Shown: positions 1 through 18,964 of the stretch, in pieces
Position numbering within the stretch: position 1 is the first letter of the stretch
Layout: every line of letters begins with the position of its first letter
DNA from: Eledone cirrhosa
Taxonomy: Eukaryota
DNA length: 64,000 bases
Direction of reading: 5' to 3'
Assembly: GCA_964016885.1 (NCBI GenBank)
Contig: OZ024754.1
Coordinates: 39,928,001-39,992,000 of the forward strand
Notes under the pieces: model-generated
Database searches by the model: none
What the model was told of the DNA's origin: nothing
Seen by the model: only the letters and a program-made list of their open reading frames with translations
Translations under genes and position numbers: made by a program

Positions 1-339
1 AAATAGATATTAAATGGTGAAATAGAGTTGTGAAATATATCTAATATAGAAGAAGAGTTTTTAATAAGAATAAAGTTTGAGAATGTATGAGATGTTTCGC
101 TAAATGACTACATATTTTTGTTTAATTTTCTTTTGTTATAATTTTTTTTTTGTTCATGTGTTTCTTTTTCATTCATTTTGTTTGTTTGTTTGGAAGTTTG
201 CGGAGGGAATATGAAGTGTAAGATATTTTCAAGTTAAAGGTTTGAAATACGAAAATAACTGGAAAACTTGTCAAGTTCCAGTTATTTGTCCTCTGTAAAA
301 TTCCATGGAATTTGTATGTATAATATATATATAATATAT

Positions 340-467
<128 letters not shown>

Positions 468-500
468 TATTATTATGTAATAAACAACATAAGGCAATTA

Positions 501-560
501 TTCCATTTACCAGTGGTTTCTTAAAAGCAAAAGGTTTTGCTTTCAATCCTCAGAATGAAA
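501..560 (-). ncRNA. Type-I hammerhead ribozyme (mirror of 635-694)
   Basis: Reverse complement of 635-694 within the palindrome. Confidence 0.85.
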
Positions 561-634
561 AATCCTGGTTTGTTTATTGAATATGGATTCTAAAAACGTT
601 TTTAGAATCCATATTCAATAAACAAACCAGGATT

Positions 635-694
635 TTTCATTCTGAGGATTGAAAGCAAAACCTTTTGCTTTTAAGAAACCACTGGTAAATGGAA
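635..694 (+). ncRNA. Type-I hammerhead ribozyme
   Basis: TTTCATT-CTGAGGA-[TTGAAAGCAAA acct TTTGCTTTTAA]-GAAA-CC act GG-TA^AATGGAA; all three stems pair. Confidence 0.85.
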
Positions 695-797
695 TAATTG
701 CCTTATGTTGTTTATTACATAATAATAATAATTAAGCTCTGTTGCTTACATAGAGCACTCTTTTTTCCTGGACTTTTCCGATGGAATTACTTCATTC

Positions 798-4702
<3,905 letters not shown>

Positions 4703-4897
4703 GGAGAAGATCTAAGAGAAATTTTCAAAGTTTTGTCATTTATTTTTCTCCATGTGGATTATTATTGTTAATTATCATTATAATCATTATAAAGAAAGAA
4801 TTATTATTATTATTATTATTACAACATTTCTGTAAAAAATGAAGGACATTTTGATGATATTAAAAATTTACTACATTATTGAATTTTACCATGAAAG

Positions 4898-5215
4898 ATA
4901 TTAAAATTTGCTATGATATTAATGAAGATTGCTCTATTTAAGTTCACTAAGACATTACTGAATTATACTGTAATATTAAAATATGCTATGATATTAATGA
5001 AGATTGCTCTATTTAAGTTCACTAAGACATTACTGAATTATACTGTAATATTAAAATTTGCTATGATATTAATGAAGATTGCTCTATTTAAGTTCACTAA
5101 GACATTACTGAATTATACTGTAATATTAAAATTTGCTATGATATTAATGAAGATTGCTCTATTTAAGTTCACTAAGACATTACTGAATTATACTGTAATA
5201 TTAAAATTTACTATA
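4898..5215. repeat. 75-bp minisatellite, ~4 copies
   Basis: The ORF repeats a 25-aa unit. Confidence 0.92.
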
Positions 5216-5370
5216 ATATTACTGAAATTTGCTGTGGTTTTCCTGAAGTTTGCTATAATATTTTAAAATATCATTACGATATTATTACATATCATTCTGA
5301 TATTATTAGTCATTACTATGATATTGAATATTATTATGGAGTGATAACATTGCCAAAAATTATGAAAGTC

Positions 5371-5868
5371 ATATCATTAAATAACATTATGATATCATTA
5401 CAATATCATTAAATAACATTATGATATCATTACAATATTATTACATAACATTATGATATCATTACAATATTATTACATAACATTATAAATATCATTACAA
5501 TATTATTAAATAACATTATGATATCATTACAATATTATTAAATAACATTATGATATCATTACAATATTATTAAATAACATTATGATATCATTACAATATT
5601 ATTAAATAACATTATGATATCATTACAATATTATTACATAACATTATGATATCATTACAATATTATTAAATAACATTATGATATCATTACAATATTATTA
5701 AATAACATTATGATATCATTACAATATTATTACATAACATTATGATATCATTACAATATTATTAAATAACATTATGACATCATTACAATATTATTACATA
5801 ATATTATGATATCATTACAATATTATTAAATAACATTATGATATTACAATATTATTAAATATCATTAT
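5371..5868. repeat. 32-bp AT-rich minisatellite, ~15 copies
   Basis: Unit GATATCATTACAATATTATTAMATAACATTAT. Confidence 0.92.
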
Positions 5869-6579
5869 AAAATAAATGACAATATCATAATCAATTATGA
5901 TGATCATTAAGATATTTTATTAAAATTCACTATGATATTAAATTTCTCAGTGAGATCATAAAGTCACCCTGACATCATAAAGATCATTATATTACAAAAA
6001 ATCATTATGATATAGAAATGAGAATTATTAATATATTAAAATTCACTATGATATTACTAAATTTCTCTATGACATCATAAAGGTTATTACATTATGGAAA
6101 ATCACTATGATATCATGGAGATCACAATGATATTATTGATATATTAAAAATAATTGTGGATATTATTAAAGATAACTATATTTCTATAGATCATTGTGAG
6201 ATTATTATACCGAAATTTAGTGACAATTATTATCAAAACTGATAAAGCTCACCAAATAAACATTATTATGATAAGTGGTGGTAGTAATGCCATAAAACAA
6301 AAACTTAAACTTTAATTCAACATTTTATATAAAACTCACATTTTACCTTAAAAATGTATTTGTTTATAAATGTCAGTATACATTAATTCCCATAGATATC
6401 TAATGTTATATCCTCAAATTGTCTTCATTTGAAGTGAATTGAAAAAATAATATGTGCTTGTGTTTGTGTGTGTGTGTATGTATCATATAAATAAAAGTAT
6501 ACACGCATACACACTAACACTGCATTCGATATGGAATCAACCATAAGCCTGAGTAACAAATATTTGATATTCATTCTCG

Positions 6580-6780
6580 CAAAGGTTCAAATTGAACTAA
6601 AGTTAACAAAGTTAAGAATCAAGGTTCAAATTGAACTAAAGTTAACAAAGTTAAGAATCAAGGCTCAAATTGAACTAAAGTTAACAAAGTTAAGAATCAA
6701 GGCTCTAATTGAACTAAAGTTAACAAAGTTAAGAATCAAGGCTCAAATTGAACTAAAGTTAACAAAGTTAAGAATCAAGA
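6580..6780. repeat. 39-bp minisatellite, 5 copies
   Basis: Unit CAAGGYTCAAATTGAACTAAAGTTAACAAAGTTAAGAAT. Confidence 0.92.
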
Positions 6781-7278
6781 TTTAGATGGAATAGAAAGTC
6801 AACAAAATGAAGAATTAAGAAATCAGAAAATATACTTAAAAAATAATAATTTGTATATTTCTTAGAAAATCTTTAAATTAAAATGGCATTTCTCTATAGG
6901 TTACCTAAAGTAAGAAGACAAAGAAGACTTGTGCAAAGGATTAAAGGATTAAAAGATATTAAAAGATTAAGAGCCCTAGGATATTAGGCTGATATTTAAA
7001 AGAGACTATTATTATCATTATTATTAAAGTTGATGTGCACATTAGACTTCCTATGGAAACATTTGAATTCAGATTAATAGGAGAGAGGAAATGGGATTGT
7101 GAGACATTGATACTGTTAATAGGAGAGGAGACAAGGGATTGTGAGACATTCATGTTATTCTGAGACGATTTTGCAATGTATGTGAAGAGAACTGGGAACA
7201 AATAGAAATCAAAACTGACCTGACAAAGAACTTACTGACATTACTGTCATATAATAATTAATAGTGTAAAATTATGTG

Positions 7279-7316
<38 letters not shown>

Positions 7317-7742
7317 TTACTGTTTACTCAGGGTAGGGCCTATGACACTTTCCAAGGTCTCCAAGACAGCAGGATAGGGAGGGTATCCTCAAACTGGAAA
7401 CCTGGTCATATTGCTTCTGTCAAGAGTGGACTTTGTTAAAGGTACCAAAGGGCCAGGAGATTGTGTTAACCCAAGTCAAGGATTAAGTTACCATATACAT
7501 AGAATCTATTCTTTTTATTGTGGTGGTGGGATCAGAAAAAAACAAACAAACCCTAATTCCTTATCTTGTTATTAATTAACATGAAAGTCAATATAAACCC
7601 TCCCCCCACTTATTGCAACCCATCTTTGAAATGTTCCCTAATTGGTAGAATTGGTAGAGCAACAGACGGAATGGTTTGAGATATTTGTTCTGGTTCTCTG
7701 ATTTCAAATACCACCCAAGTCAACTTAGCATTTCTTCCTTCT

Positions 7743-8052
7743 GGGAGGTCAATAGAATAACGTAGCAGCCAGGGACAGCAATTTGAGGGCAGAAGTTGAT
7801 TAGATCTACCCCAGTAAATGACTGGTACTTTATTCTATCCACCTGGGGAGGTCAATAGAATAACGTAGCAGCCAGGGACAGCAATTTGAGGGCAGAAGTT
7901 GATTAGATCTACCCCAGTAAATGACTGGTACTTTATTCTATCCACCCGGGGAGGTCAATAGAATAACGTAGCAGCCAGGGACAGCAATTTGAGAGCAGAA
8001 GTTGATTAGATCTACCCCAGTAAATGACTGGTACTTTATTCTATCCACCCGG
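7743..8052. repeat. 103-bp tandem repeat, 3 copies, built from SINE A pieces
   Basis: GAGGTC recurs at 7745, 7848 and 7951. Confidence 0.85.
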
Positions 8053-8707
8053 GAAGGATGAAAGGCTAACTTGACATCAGCAGGATTTGAACTCGGAACA
8101 TAGAACTTTGCAACTAAATAGTACAAAATATTTTGTCCGGTGCTCTAGTGTCCAATCTACCACCCCAACCCTAACCCCAACCCTAACTACTGTTAATAAT
8201 AATAATTGTTTCTACTTTTGGCACAAAATAATAATAATGGTTCCTGATATAGGCACAGGGCCAGCAATTTGGGTGAAGGGAGGGGAAAGTTGATTAAATC
8301 AACCCCAGTGTGTTACAGGTACTTTATTTTATTGACCCCCCCCCGTCCATAAGGATGAAAGGCAAACCCAACTAACCTCAGTGGGATTTGAACTCAGAAC
8401 GTAAAGGGCCGTAGCTCTATGCAACGAAGCATCTTGTCCAATACTCTACTGATACTGCTAACCCACCACCCTAATAATAATAATAATAATAATGTTTTCT
8501 TTATTAACCACAAGGGTTTACATAAAGTAGACATTAAGGACAATAATAATAATAATAATTGTTTCTACTTTTGGCACAAGGCCAGCAATTACCCAGTGCA
8601 TTACTGGTACTTTATTTTAATAATTCTTTATAATTTTCACAGGTGCAATGAATGGAATGACATTCCATGAAGAGGTAAAGTGATAGTATACACAATATAG
8701 TAATATC

Positions 8708-9118
8708 TTAAGAAGAAGAATACCATATATGGTCAAAATCTTAAGAGAAGGAATACCATATATGGTCAATTAATGTCTCAAGAGAAGAAATACCATAGAT
8801 GGTCAATTAATGTCTCAAAAGATGGGATACCATATATGGTCAATTAATGACATCAAGAGATGGAATACCATATATGGTCAATTAATGTCTCAAGAGATGA
8901 GATACCATATATGGTCAATTAATGTCTCAAGAGATGAGATACCATACATGGTCAATTAATGTCTCAAGAGAAAGACTACCATATATGGTCAATTAATGAC
9001 GTCAAGAGATGGCATACCATATATGGTCAATTAATGACGTCAAGAGATGGCATACCATATATGGTCAATTAATGACGTCAAGAGATGGCATACCATATAT
9101 GGTCAATTAATGAAGTCA
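8708..9118. repeat. 36-38-bp minisatellite, ~11 copies
   Basis: Unit core TACCATATATGGTCAATTAATG. Confidence 0.9.
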
Positions 9119-11528
9119 ACAAGGGTTTGGTTGAAGAAGACAATTTCTGCCTTCCTCTGTCTTTTCAGTTCTATTTAACATATTATATCTTTCATCATAG
9201 CTGCTAGATAAAAAACAAACAAAAATACAGCTGGTTCTTCCTTGACAAAAGTAGGCAGTGGGACACACCATCTAAGCCAGATGTTCTTCCCCTTGCAGAA
9301 CTAATAATGGTTTCTTATATAGGCACAAGGCCAGCAATTTTGGATGAGGGAAAGTCGATTAAATCAACCTCAGTGCGCGACTGGTACTTTATTTTATCAA
9401 CCCTGTGAGGATGAAAGGCAAAGTTAACCTCGGCGGGATTTGAACTCAGATCATTCAGGGCTGTAACTCTATGCTGCAAAGCATAGCGTCCGACTCTCTA
9501 CCGATACTGCCAATCCACCGCCCATTGCACAACTAATAATAATAATTCTTTCAAACATTAGCACAAAGCCAGAAATTGAGAGGAGGTGAATGAATGTTAG
9601 AAGTAATTGTGTGTGTTGTGCATGTGTTATGCATGTGTTATGTATGTGTTGTGTATGTGTTATGCATGTGTTGTGTATGTGTTATGTATGTATGTGTGTC
9701 TTTAAAGCATTCAGGATTGAACATATGGTTTTTTTTTTTATAATAATAAACCTTCCACAATGAACATGATGGATTTACGTGGGAGAATTACTCCGAAGTC
9801 GATGAATTTCAAGTGAACAAATGATTGGTTCCTTTTAAAAAGTAATGTTTCCCAACAGCAGATATCAATGTTATTGGTTATGTAAAAAACAATTTATAAA
9901 TGAAAGTAATATATATATATATATATATATTTGATAAATAAAAATATATATTTAAATAGAAAAACAAAAATAAAAAAAAAAGATAACGCCAAATATACTG
10001 ACATTTTATCATGAAATTTAAGATAGGAAGAAAAAGATTTGACCATAGTGTATAACTGGTACTTAGATTTCCATCTATGGAGGAGTGAAAAGCAAAAACC
10101 AAAGCATTTGATCAGGTTTTCCTATTTCTGGCTAATCTTATTTCTCAATCAAAATAACTCAAAATACACCATTTCCAGGTTATACATTAATAGGAGGGAT
10201 GGTCATCTATGAGTTGTCTTTAGTTGTTTTTCTTTTAAACAGCTGGAAGTTTTCAGTTAGGCAGGTTAAGTTGCGAAGACTTACCTACCTTACCTTACAT
10301 ATCAACAAAGGTTTTGCCACAATGGCCAGATGTAAAATTCGAATTATTTGTCGAAGGTGAGTGGAAAATCCCAACACCCAAACATTACCCCTTATAACAT
10401 TGAAAAATGGTCAATATACTCAACATGATGACAACAAAATTAAATATGGAGGAAGAAATTCAATAAAAGATAAAAATAAAATGAACAAATAACCATCCCA
10501 AAACCATGTCTGGTTTTACAATAAACCGTTTTAAAGCTTTTTATATTTACCTAAAACCCTTTCATCAAAATTTTATGTAAGAACCGTTGTTAAATTATGC
10601 ACCATATGCCAGTTTAATAATGGTGAAGTTAGTTATGTTGCTAAATCTCTCCAAATTTTTGATTATTTTCAAAATTATTTGAAACACACAGGCAGTGTGT
10701 TTCATTAGAAATATGGTAATATATAAAAGTAAATGTATGAATGTATGTTCCAAACTGTAGGCCACAGCTTTGCACTTAGCTGAAATTTTACAATGCGGAA
10801 AATCTTTTGAAGGAGAATGAGAATGCTGTAGGCTATGAGACATGTTCCGATAGTTTCTTTAAAAAGAATAAATGAAAGATTTGTTTGGATGCAATAGTTC
10901 TGAGTGAATCAACTTTGCTGGACTAATTGAAAAGGATCATCATCTTTTTAAAATAATGTATCCAGAACACAACTACATTCAAGTCATTGCATTCATTTTA
11001 GGTATTAATAAACTCCCTTCATGAAAAAGTTTCTGGGCTTATGTCCCCTCCCACTCCATATTCCACCCTTGTCTGGCTGTCCAATTCAGATTTACCAATA
11101 CACATACAGAGTTATTGTTAAGATTTAGTTAAATGTAAAATTGGTTCAAGCTACTAGGCTATGGGCATGCCAGTACAGCAGTAGTTGTATCACTATAATC
11201 TGCACACAACACATTTAATAATAAAACATACATTTCAGATGTGTATATCCAATGTAGAATAGGTGTATCATATTCCTGTGTAGAAAGTGGTACTAAAACA
11301 ACCCCACGGCAAGTATGAAGCCTGTTATAGCAGCCCCCCACAATGCTAACAGACTCAACTTTAGCAGGAAAAATGGCTAACACTTTCAACACCAAATTGC
11401 ATATTTTAAAGGTGTTTATATCTAAGTAACACATTTTCCTTTCCAAACTATATATATATACATATATTAGATATTAGTTTAACAATGATAATAATAACGA
11501 AGGCAAGTTATTTTACATATTCATTTCA

Positions 11529-11647
11529 TTGTTTTACGATCGTTTCGGAGGGCTGATCATATTGATATATTGACTGATCTATAACAGTTAGAGAACTGTA
11601 TACTATCAGATATAATACTGTATAGGTCCGATCTTCTTCGGAAACAA
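11529..11647 (-). ncRNA. Hammerhead-like motif with long stem II region and CCGAAGA core variant
   Basis: TTGTTT-CCGAAGA-(~90 nt insert)-GAAA-CGATCG-TA^AAACAA; 6-bp stem I and palindromic stem III. Confidence 0.6.
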
Positions 11648-11767
11648 AGGTAGACCACATTGTATGTAAGAGATGTCAACATGAGTGGACCTGTTATTTT
11701 TATCTAAAGACATTTTTTTCCAATTCCAACCCGCCTGTCCCCTCAATCTATCTTATTTCTCATTCTT

Positions 11768-11803
11768 TCTTCTGATGAAGGACTAGCGTCCGAAACGTTA
11801 AGA
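11768..11803 (+). ncRNA. Minimal type-I hammerhead (Penelope-type, palindromic stem III)
   Basis: TCTT-CTGATGA-A-[GGAC tagc GTCC]-GAAA-CG-TT^AAGA. Confidence 0.85.
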
Positions 11804-11901
11804 CCCCCTTCCTGCTATATCAAGCGTTAACCTAGTATATCCCTTCCATCTACTGTACCGATTGTGTTGTTATTTCTGTTTACCTTTTACACACACACAC
11901 A

Positions 11902-11973
<72 letters not shown>

Positions 11974-12055
11974 ATATATATATGATATATATATATGATA
12001 TATATATATGATATATATATATATATATGATATATATATATGATATATATATATG

Positions 12056-12087
<32 letters not shown>

Positions 12088-12167
12088 ATATATATATATA
12101 TATAAGATGATATATATATATATACATGATATATATATATAATGTTATATATATATATATATAATGT

Positions 12168-12198
<31 letters not shown>

Positions 12199-12375
12199 TA
12201 ATATATATATATGATATATATACATATATATGATATATATATGATGATATATATATATATATATATATGATGATATATATATATATATGATGATATATAT
12301 ATATATATATAAGATGATATATATATATATATACATGATATATATATATAATGTTATATATATATATATATAATG

Positions 12376-12412
<37 letters not shown>

Positions 12413-12593
12413 GAGGTGTCTGCGGTGCAAAGACCGGGAAGACCAGAAATCACAGTAGTATTCGATGCATGATGAAATATAGATTAGGTATGTTAATGAG
12501 GTTTGAGTGTGAGCCATGGGCAGCTTCTGCTTGTAACCTCTCCTGGTTGACACCACCTGAGCACACAGTCAAACTTGTATCTCAATATATATA

Positions 12594-12647
<54 letters not shown>

Positions 12648-12892
12648 GGAAATATCCATAGATGGGAAAGAGGAAAACAGTGCTCAACTGGGTAGAGAGC
12701 AGAAATATATTATTATCAATGTAAGAACATAAATAATATAATATCATATATATAAACAATGAGTTATTTGTTTTGTTGATTATTCAACAAAGTTAATTTA
12801 TAACAGATTAGAAGCACTCAACAGTATTTTTCAGGAGTATAATTAATATCAATAATATTAATAAATGGAAAATATTTTTATAAAACCATACT

Positions 12893-12953
12893 TATTTTAT
12901 TATACATATTTCAAGGGTACCAATATTTTGGTACGCTTTCGTCAGATAAAATA
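12893..12953 (-). ncRNA. Type-I hammerhead ribozyme
   Basis: TATTTTAT-CTGACGA-[AAGcGTACCAA aata TTGGTACcCTT]-GAAA-TATGTA-TA^ATAAAATA. Confidence 0.8.
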
Positions 12954-13072
12954 CAATATTTTGGTACGCTTTCGTCAGATAAAATACAATATTTGGTTTA
13001 AAGATTATCCACAATTAACTCATAACATTAATTTCATATGAAGATATGTCACTATCTTTAAACCAAATATTG

Positions 13073-13133
13073 TATTTTATCTGATGAAAGCGTACCAAAA
13101 TATTGGTACCCTTGAAATATGTATAATAAAATA
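13073..13133 (+). ncRNA. Type-I hammerhead ribozyme
   Basis: Same as 12893-12953 with a CTGATGA core; 8-bp stem I. Confidence 0.8.
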
Positions 13134-13301
13134 AATATGGTTTTATAAAGATATTTTCCATTTATTAATATTATTGATATTATATATATATAAATAATGA
13201 GCTAAATATCTCTCTGAGTACTAAGTACCCATACGGATATATAGGGTGTCTATAATATAATAGTTGTTCAATGGTACTAATTTGAGATACCAGAACTATA
13301 A

Positions 13302-13837
13302 AAATTGAGATGAGCAGAACAAACAAACATTAAACAATCCTTTAAATAAATTAAAAAATGATTTAAATATCTACCTGTTCATAATGCTATTACCAGCGGT
13401 TTCGCTTTACAAAAGATTAGAGATTCAGAGAATTTCTAACGGAAAAGTAAAGTTCATCAGATAGCTATTTCCACTCTATAGGACCAAGTCCCACAGTCTG
13501 CAAATATATTGCCAACTACCAGCTCGTATGAGTTATGGCCGTTAAAGTGACCCACACGTGAACTGGCCGCTAGTCCAAGCGGGAATATTACAGACGTGTT
13601 GATGGCTTTGCTGCTAAAAAAATAGCAGTAAGCAACAACAAATTTGTTTTCTCTACATAGATTGGAGAATATATAAAATGAGATAAATATCTCTCTGAGT
13701 ACTAAGTACCCATCCATAGTCTCTAATCTTTTGTAAATGGAAACCGCCGGTAATAGCATTATGAACAGGTAGATATTTAAATCATTTTTTAATTTATTTA
13801 AAGGATTGTTTAATGTTTGTTTGTTCTGCTCATCTCA

Positions 13838-13841
<4 letters not shown>
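13302..13841. mobile_element. Penelope-like insert with ~120-bp inverted arms
   Basis: 13302-13422 is reverse-complementary to 13720-13841; the right arm holds only the 3' half of the hammerhead (GAAACCGCCGGTAATAGC). Confidence 0.75.
13386..13465 (-). ncRNA. Type-I hammerhead ribozyme with extended stem II
   Basis: GCTAT-CTGATGA-a[CTTTAC...TTAGAaATTC tct GAATcTCTAA...GTAAAG]c-GAAA-CC gct GG-TA^ATAGC. Confidence 0.8.
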
Positions 13842-13873
<32 letters not shown>

Positions 13874-14990
13874 AAGTAGGCTGCTGTATTGGCAGTGAAA
13901 CTTAGATAATGAATACAGAGTCTGTAGTGACTGAAGCAGAACAAGTGGAGTATATAGTGGGCTTACATCTTATGCAGTCAACTGACCCCCCACCCCTTAC
14001 CATCTTATTAAAAAAACCTATATTTAAAAACTTTATATAAAAGTGCCTATGTATGTCGATGTTTTGGCGAGACATAATGTCAGGTTCCCTGGAGGTGGAG
14101 AAAACTCATGAAAAAAATAAATGATAGTGGTAGAGGGTTAGAGTTATCTCCCTTACATTAGGTGATATGGTTTCATATGGAACAGGATGTTAAGAGTTTT
14201 TAAAGCTTTTCTGAATTTAAAAAAAAAAATTTTTCTCACTGCATAGGACATGGGCCCACTGTATATTAGATGTGTAATGATGTTAAAACTTATGAGAGAA
14301 AGACTGCAGTGGTGGAAGTTGGATGAGAAAGTAAAGCTAATTACCAGCAGAATAAATTGATATGTTGGGTGGGATGAGGGAGACATCTACATTGAACTGG
14401 GTGGTATAAGGGTGGCATAGTGGCATGGTGGCACAGCTACCATTAAAGGTAAATGTAGATGTCGACCAAGGAAGACTCGGGAAGTTGTTGTTAAATCAAG
14501 CCTAAAAAGATTGTCTTCACAGATGAGATAATACAAGATAAAAGATGTAGAGAGATGATTTTTTTGCAAACCCTTCCAACCCAAACTTAACAGGGAGACT
14601 CAGATTTGATATTGATGATGGTGATGATGATGATGATGATGATTATCTACACCAATATGAAAACAAACAAAAAGAAAAATACCAAAACGTTAATAATAAT
14701 GAAATGAGTTGATTTCATTTGAAAAGTTCCGTTAGTTAAAAGGTGAATCGCTGTCGGCCCAATGCCAAGGGGATGGGGTGGGGGTGGGGGCATGGGGTGG
14801 TACTGCCCTCTTACCTTTCAATGGTGCACCCTCAGATTTAGAAAAAATTATGGTGATATGCTTATTTTAAAACTGTGTTTTAGAATTATTGTGAATTATT
14901 GTCTACCTAAATTGTTCTGAAACCCCACCCAGGCAGCAAAACCTGGCAACAGCCCTGAATTAATGATAGTTTATCCCACACATAACATAC

Positions 14991-15032
<42 letters not shown>

Positions 15033-17157
15033 TATCACATATATGACAATATCCTCTACATACATAATAGCATTGTCATGTATATCATATACACGACAAT
15101 ATATTTTACGTACGTGATAACATTATGTAATGAGCATCATACATATGACAATTTATATTGTTTATCACACATGACAAACAATATCATAATTATTATGTGG
15201 GTGATAAACCTATCTAATGTATATCAGACACACATATACATGGCTATATCTCATATACACCACACAATTTGAGAGGTTACATACACACACATATATATAT
15301 ATATATATGGCTATATCTCATACACATCACAAAATATGTGAGAGGTCACACATATATATATATACATGGCAATATATATCATATATACCACAAAATATAA
15401 AAATGAGATGTCAGAGTTCACAATACAAACAGTCTATTATGATACCACTGCAACTTAGTTCATACTTAGTCAGTCATCTAATAATATACTTGATCTAGTT
15501 TAACACTTTTGATACCAACCAGCTCAAACATGGCTCTAGTTCTATGAAACAAAATCACTCATTTTAAAGGGTTTCTGTTTAAAATTTATTAAAACTATAT
15601 ATCAAACATATGTTAAATTATTATCTTAGTAAAGAAATAATTTTTGTAAATCACTCAAAAAATTCTGAATTAATTAACTGAAACAGTCTATGTCATTAGA
15701 AAGAGTAATGAAATGGTTAATTAATTGGACTGAATTTCCTTCAATGAGTGTAGACAGACATTTCTTGAGACAGTGACAGGTAACTGATGTAGAACTTCAT
15801 AGTACAGTAGACAGTAAAAGCTAAAGTGTTAGATAAGGGTTCAATTTCCTGTGTGATCCTTTAACCCTTTAAACAATGTAATTGAAGAAAGAGTCTCATG
15901 ATTGTAAAACAAATTTCTTAATCATTTAGCCATGTCTATATCTAATATATATTATATGGTCATGGCTGTGGTTTAGAAGTTCCCTTCTAAAACATGTAGT
16001 TCTATTATGTATGTGTGTATGTATATATGTATGTATGTAAGGACCTGTAAGCCCTGATGGTCTCCTAGTGACATACATCATAACTTGGGCATTTAAAACT
16101 GGCAGAACCCATGCCATCTCCGGCTCTAAACACAGGCGATTCCTTCCAGAAAGGGATTGACTGAGAGACGAAGTGTGAATGAGATATAGAAGAAGAATTG
16201 GCCCCTGGACTGGACAAGTATTTATTTTTATTGCCCTTGATAGAATGAAGAGCAAAGTTGACTTTGGTGGGATTTGAAATCAGATAACCACAATGAATAC
16301 CACAAAGAATTCTATCCCGCATTTCAACAATTGTCAATATGCCATCTTCTATTGCATTATCATATAGGGGTTCTAATGTCCAAAGACAAAGCACAAGAAC
16401 TGATACAAAGAAATCTACAGAGGAGTTGTTTATGAACTAAATCACCCGATTATCAGAACAAAATTGTAAAAATCTTAATCCTTTTCATACCCAACCACCC
16501 GAAACCACCCCAGGTTCAATGATTCAAGACTGTTTATTTTAAAGAATTTATATTCATATAAAATTTTTCCTCCATAATTTTATGTAAGAAGCTTTAAGTT
16601 ATGTTCCAAACACAAGCTTGTAATGAGAAAGTTATATTATGAAATCTTTTCAAATCCTTGATTATTTTCAAAATTAATTGAATATCATAAACAGTAAGGA
16701 AAGAAAGGGTTAAATAATACTAACTCCTGTTCTATCTAGATTTATCTTGTTAGGGTTATTTATTTATGTTGCTTAAAAGTATGTCTGTATTTATGTATGG
16801 AACCATAACTCCTGGTAGAGTTGTAGGGTCATAGTTGTGTCTTGGTCATTTTAAACCTGGCAGGTTCTATCCCTTTTCCAGGTGTGAACACAGTTAATTT
16901 CTTCCAGAGACAGAAAGAGACAGAGAGAGACAGAGAGAGACAGAGAGAATGAGAAGGAGGAAGTGAAAACAAATATAGAGAGGAAGAATCGACCCCAGTA
17001 CTGGACTGGTACTTTTTTTTAAAATCAACCTCGAAAAGATGAAAGGCAAAGTTGACCTTGGTGGGATTTGAACTCAGAGAGTTCACAGAACCACAATGAA
17101 TACTGCAAAGCAGACCCTGCCAGTTTGCCACCTTGTTTCTTAAAAGTCTAAAGTCTG

Positions 17158-17429
17158 TCTTAAGCCAGAAGGCTCATTTGGCCGGTGCTTATCCCGGTTT
17201 CATGACGTGAAGCGACTGAGAGTACAAGACTCCCCGCCCCTGGACAGGACACCAGTCCATCGTAGGGTTTAAACCCCCAGCTATTGCTGGTACTCATTTT
17301 CAGCTGAGTATACTGGAGCAACGTGAAATGAAGTGTTTTGCTCAAGAACACAACACACAACTCAGGAATCGAACCCACGACATTATGATCGTAAGTCCAA
17401 CACTCTTACCACTAGGCCACATGCCTCCA
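17158..17429 (-). mobile_element. tRNA-derived SINE family C (same head and core type as B, different tail)
   Basis: TGGCCTAGTGG / GGTTCGATTCC boxes, CORE-like TTCTTGAGCAAAACACTT, tail CCCTACGATGGACTGGTGTCCTGTCCAGGGG...GAAACCGGGATAAGC. Confidence 0.85.
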
Positions 17430-18964
17430 CGTTCCTTAAAAGACATGGTCCCAAATATATATAACAATAGATTATAGGAAGTCAATGAATGCAGACATCT
17501 GGTAAATTGGCACAACAACAATTGGCACTTGGCATGTTAACGAGAACTTATCAATTAATTAATCAATGAGTGAATGAAGATAAAACTTACAAACCTTCCT
17601 CTCACCACACACACACACACACACTTTCTCTTACATGATTATAATATGGGAAAGAGGAACGATTTCTCTTGTTTAACCTTCAAATGGTTAAAAAAAATAT
17701 TTCCAGAAAGTATTTTTGGTAGTGGTGGCATCCTGGCAGTGGCAATTTATGAGTAATGAATTTATAGTGGATGACCACTATAGGAAATAGCCAGCCAACA
17801 CAGCATTTAACTACAATCTTAGTCTGATAAAGTAAAAGAGATTTTCTGGCATTTTATAACAATTTCTTTTAATGTAAAATGTATGAGTGATTTAGTAAAT
17901 TAAATACTGAACAAGAATTATGTATATATCTGAAGAAATCATGATCATGGCCTTATGAGAACTAGCCATATTGGTGCCATCATGATTAATAAAAGATTTG
18001 GTCAAGTTTATTCATTAGAGATTTAGTGGAGTTTTCTTTGACACACAGGTCAACTACTTATCATTTGTTTGCAATTCTTGAATTTGAATATGAACAATAA
18101 TTAAATAATTTATTCAGTTATGATTTAAAGGGATGTGTGGAATGTTACAGAATGAATGATGGCACTTATGACTTACATGGCTTATTGCCTGATAGCAACA
18201 CTTCCAAAACTAACATATATGAAGATTAAAAATAAAAATAATAATTGTTTTTACTTCTGGCACAAGGCCAGCAACTACCCAGTACATTACTGGTACTTTA
18301 TTTTATCGACCCCGTAAGAATGAAAGGCAAAGTTAACCTCGGCGGGATTTGAACTCAGAATGGCAAGAGCCGTAACTCTGTGCGTCAAAGCATGGCGTCC
18401 AACCCTCTACCGATACTGCCAATCCACTGTAAATAGTCAATAATAATACTATTTTTGATGTAATTCTTTTTGCTTTTCTGAAATATTTTTTGCCAATAGG
18501 AAATTTTGAAAAAAATTTTCAATATATTTTTATACTATTAAATAAGTTTTTTTTTTTTTCTATAAAAAAAAATGTTTTAAAACTAAAACAATTTCTAATG
18601 AATTGTGACATGAAGACAATATATAAAAAAAAAACAAAGAAAAAATACAGTAGTTCTTGTGTTAGAATATACTAAAAAATAAATGATAGATTCTATAAAA
18701 TCTAGTCTGATGGCATTAGAAAATATAAGTTCAAATCAGCACCTACATTCTTATAAATCTTCATTCATTTTACTTGAATTAAAAAAAAAAAGGAACATTG
18801 GTTTCTTTTTAGAGAAAATCTTACAGAGTATTAAATATGCCACATGCTTTTAATAAGTTATGGTAGACAACACACATACATACGATGAAGAAGATTTAAA
18901 AACATATACATACACACACATATTTGCACACACAATGAGGATCCCAAAACATGCATATGCCCAC

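Larger units (their letters stand above)
12844..13182. mobile_element. Fold-back Penelope-like insert with a hammerhead in each arm
   Basis: Arms ~12844-13005 and ~13054-13182 are reverse-complementary; the left arm has an internal 33-bp tandem duplication (12921/12954). Confidence 0.8.

Noticed and set aside
8163-8187. Telomere-like CCCTAA repeats
   Set aside because: Only four imperfect units; ordinary low-complexity sequence.
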